Source of the DNA: the human T2T-CHM13v2.0 reference genome, Homo sapiens
NCBI RefSeq assembly: GCF_009914755.1
Contig: NC_060937.1
Reading direction: 5' to 3' (one strand)
Length of the DNA: 64,000 nt
The position numbers and the translations under genes are program-made. Below the pieces are notes generated by a model, which ran no database searches, was not told the DNA's origin, and worked only from the letters and a program-made list of their open reading frames with translations. Every line of letters starts with the position of its first letter. Position 1 is the stretch's first letter. Shown here piece after piece: positions 63,508 to 64,000 of the stretch.

Positions 63508-63820
63508 GGGCTGGGCACAGTGGCTCACACCTGTAATCCCAGCACTTTGGGAGGCCAAGATGGGCAGATCACCTGGGGTCAGGAGTTTGAGACCAACCTG
63601 GCCAGCATGGAGAAACCCCCGTCTCTACTAAAAGTACAAAATTAGCAGGGCATGGTGGCGCTTGTCTGTAATCCCAGCTCCTCGGAAGCCAGAGGCAGGA
63701 GAATAGCTTGAATCTGGGAGGCAGAGGTTGCGGAGAGCCGAAATTGTGCCATTGCACTCCAGCCTGGCAACAAGAGTGAATCTCCGTCTCAAAAAAAAAA
63801 AAAAAAAAAAAAAAAAAAGA
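63508..63820 (+). mobile_element. Alu (Sp/Sq-like) with long poly(A)
   Basis: Alu consensus, near-pure A tail 63791-63818. Confidence 0.95.
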
Positions 63821-64000
63821 ATCTAAAGGGACAATTCCTATCTTATTTTATGAACCCAGTATTGCCCTGATTCCAAATCGAGACAAAGGCATTATACAAC
63901 TTTGATGTTTATTCCTCATAAACATAGACTCAAAAGTCCTTAAAACTTAATAACCAATTGAATGTAGCAGTACATAGAATGGATAATAAACTGAACAAAT

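Overview
Primate, very likely human, genomic DNA with the mosaic make-up of a pericentromeric or acrocentric-type segmental duplication. I can support no intact protein-coding gene. In order: (i) 1-13 kb is interspersed repeats: an L1 3' end, a complete MST (ERVL-MaLR) element with nested LTR and Alu, an older L1 5' region and ERV1 LTRs. (ii) ~15.7-17.1 kb is an unprocessed TBC1D26/TBC1D3-family pseudogene fragment (minus, three exons, disabled). (iii) ~25-26.2 kb is a two-exon CDRT15/C2orf27-family pseudogene (minus, frameshifted). (iv) 27-36 kb is a degenerate 18-19-bp minisatellite with internal inversions, higher-order structure and an MST LTR insertion. (v) 36-42.7 kb is an ACRO1-type ~147/165-bp GC-rich satellite. 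(vi) 42.7-43.7 kb is TAR1 subtelomeric repeat plus degenerate (TTAGGG)n, i.e. a fossil chromosome end, capped by L1. (vii) A GC-rich ~330-bp triplicated unit sits between 150-bp direct repeats. (viii) Two copies of the first coding exon of GTF2I/GTF2IRD2 are followed by Alu-dense DNA. Family names come from recall of consensus sequences, not from a database search. Repeat boundaries are approximate unless a TSD or splice site is quoted.
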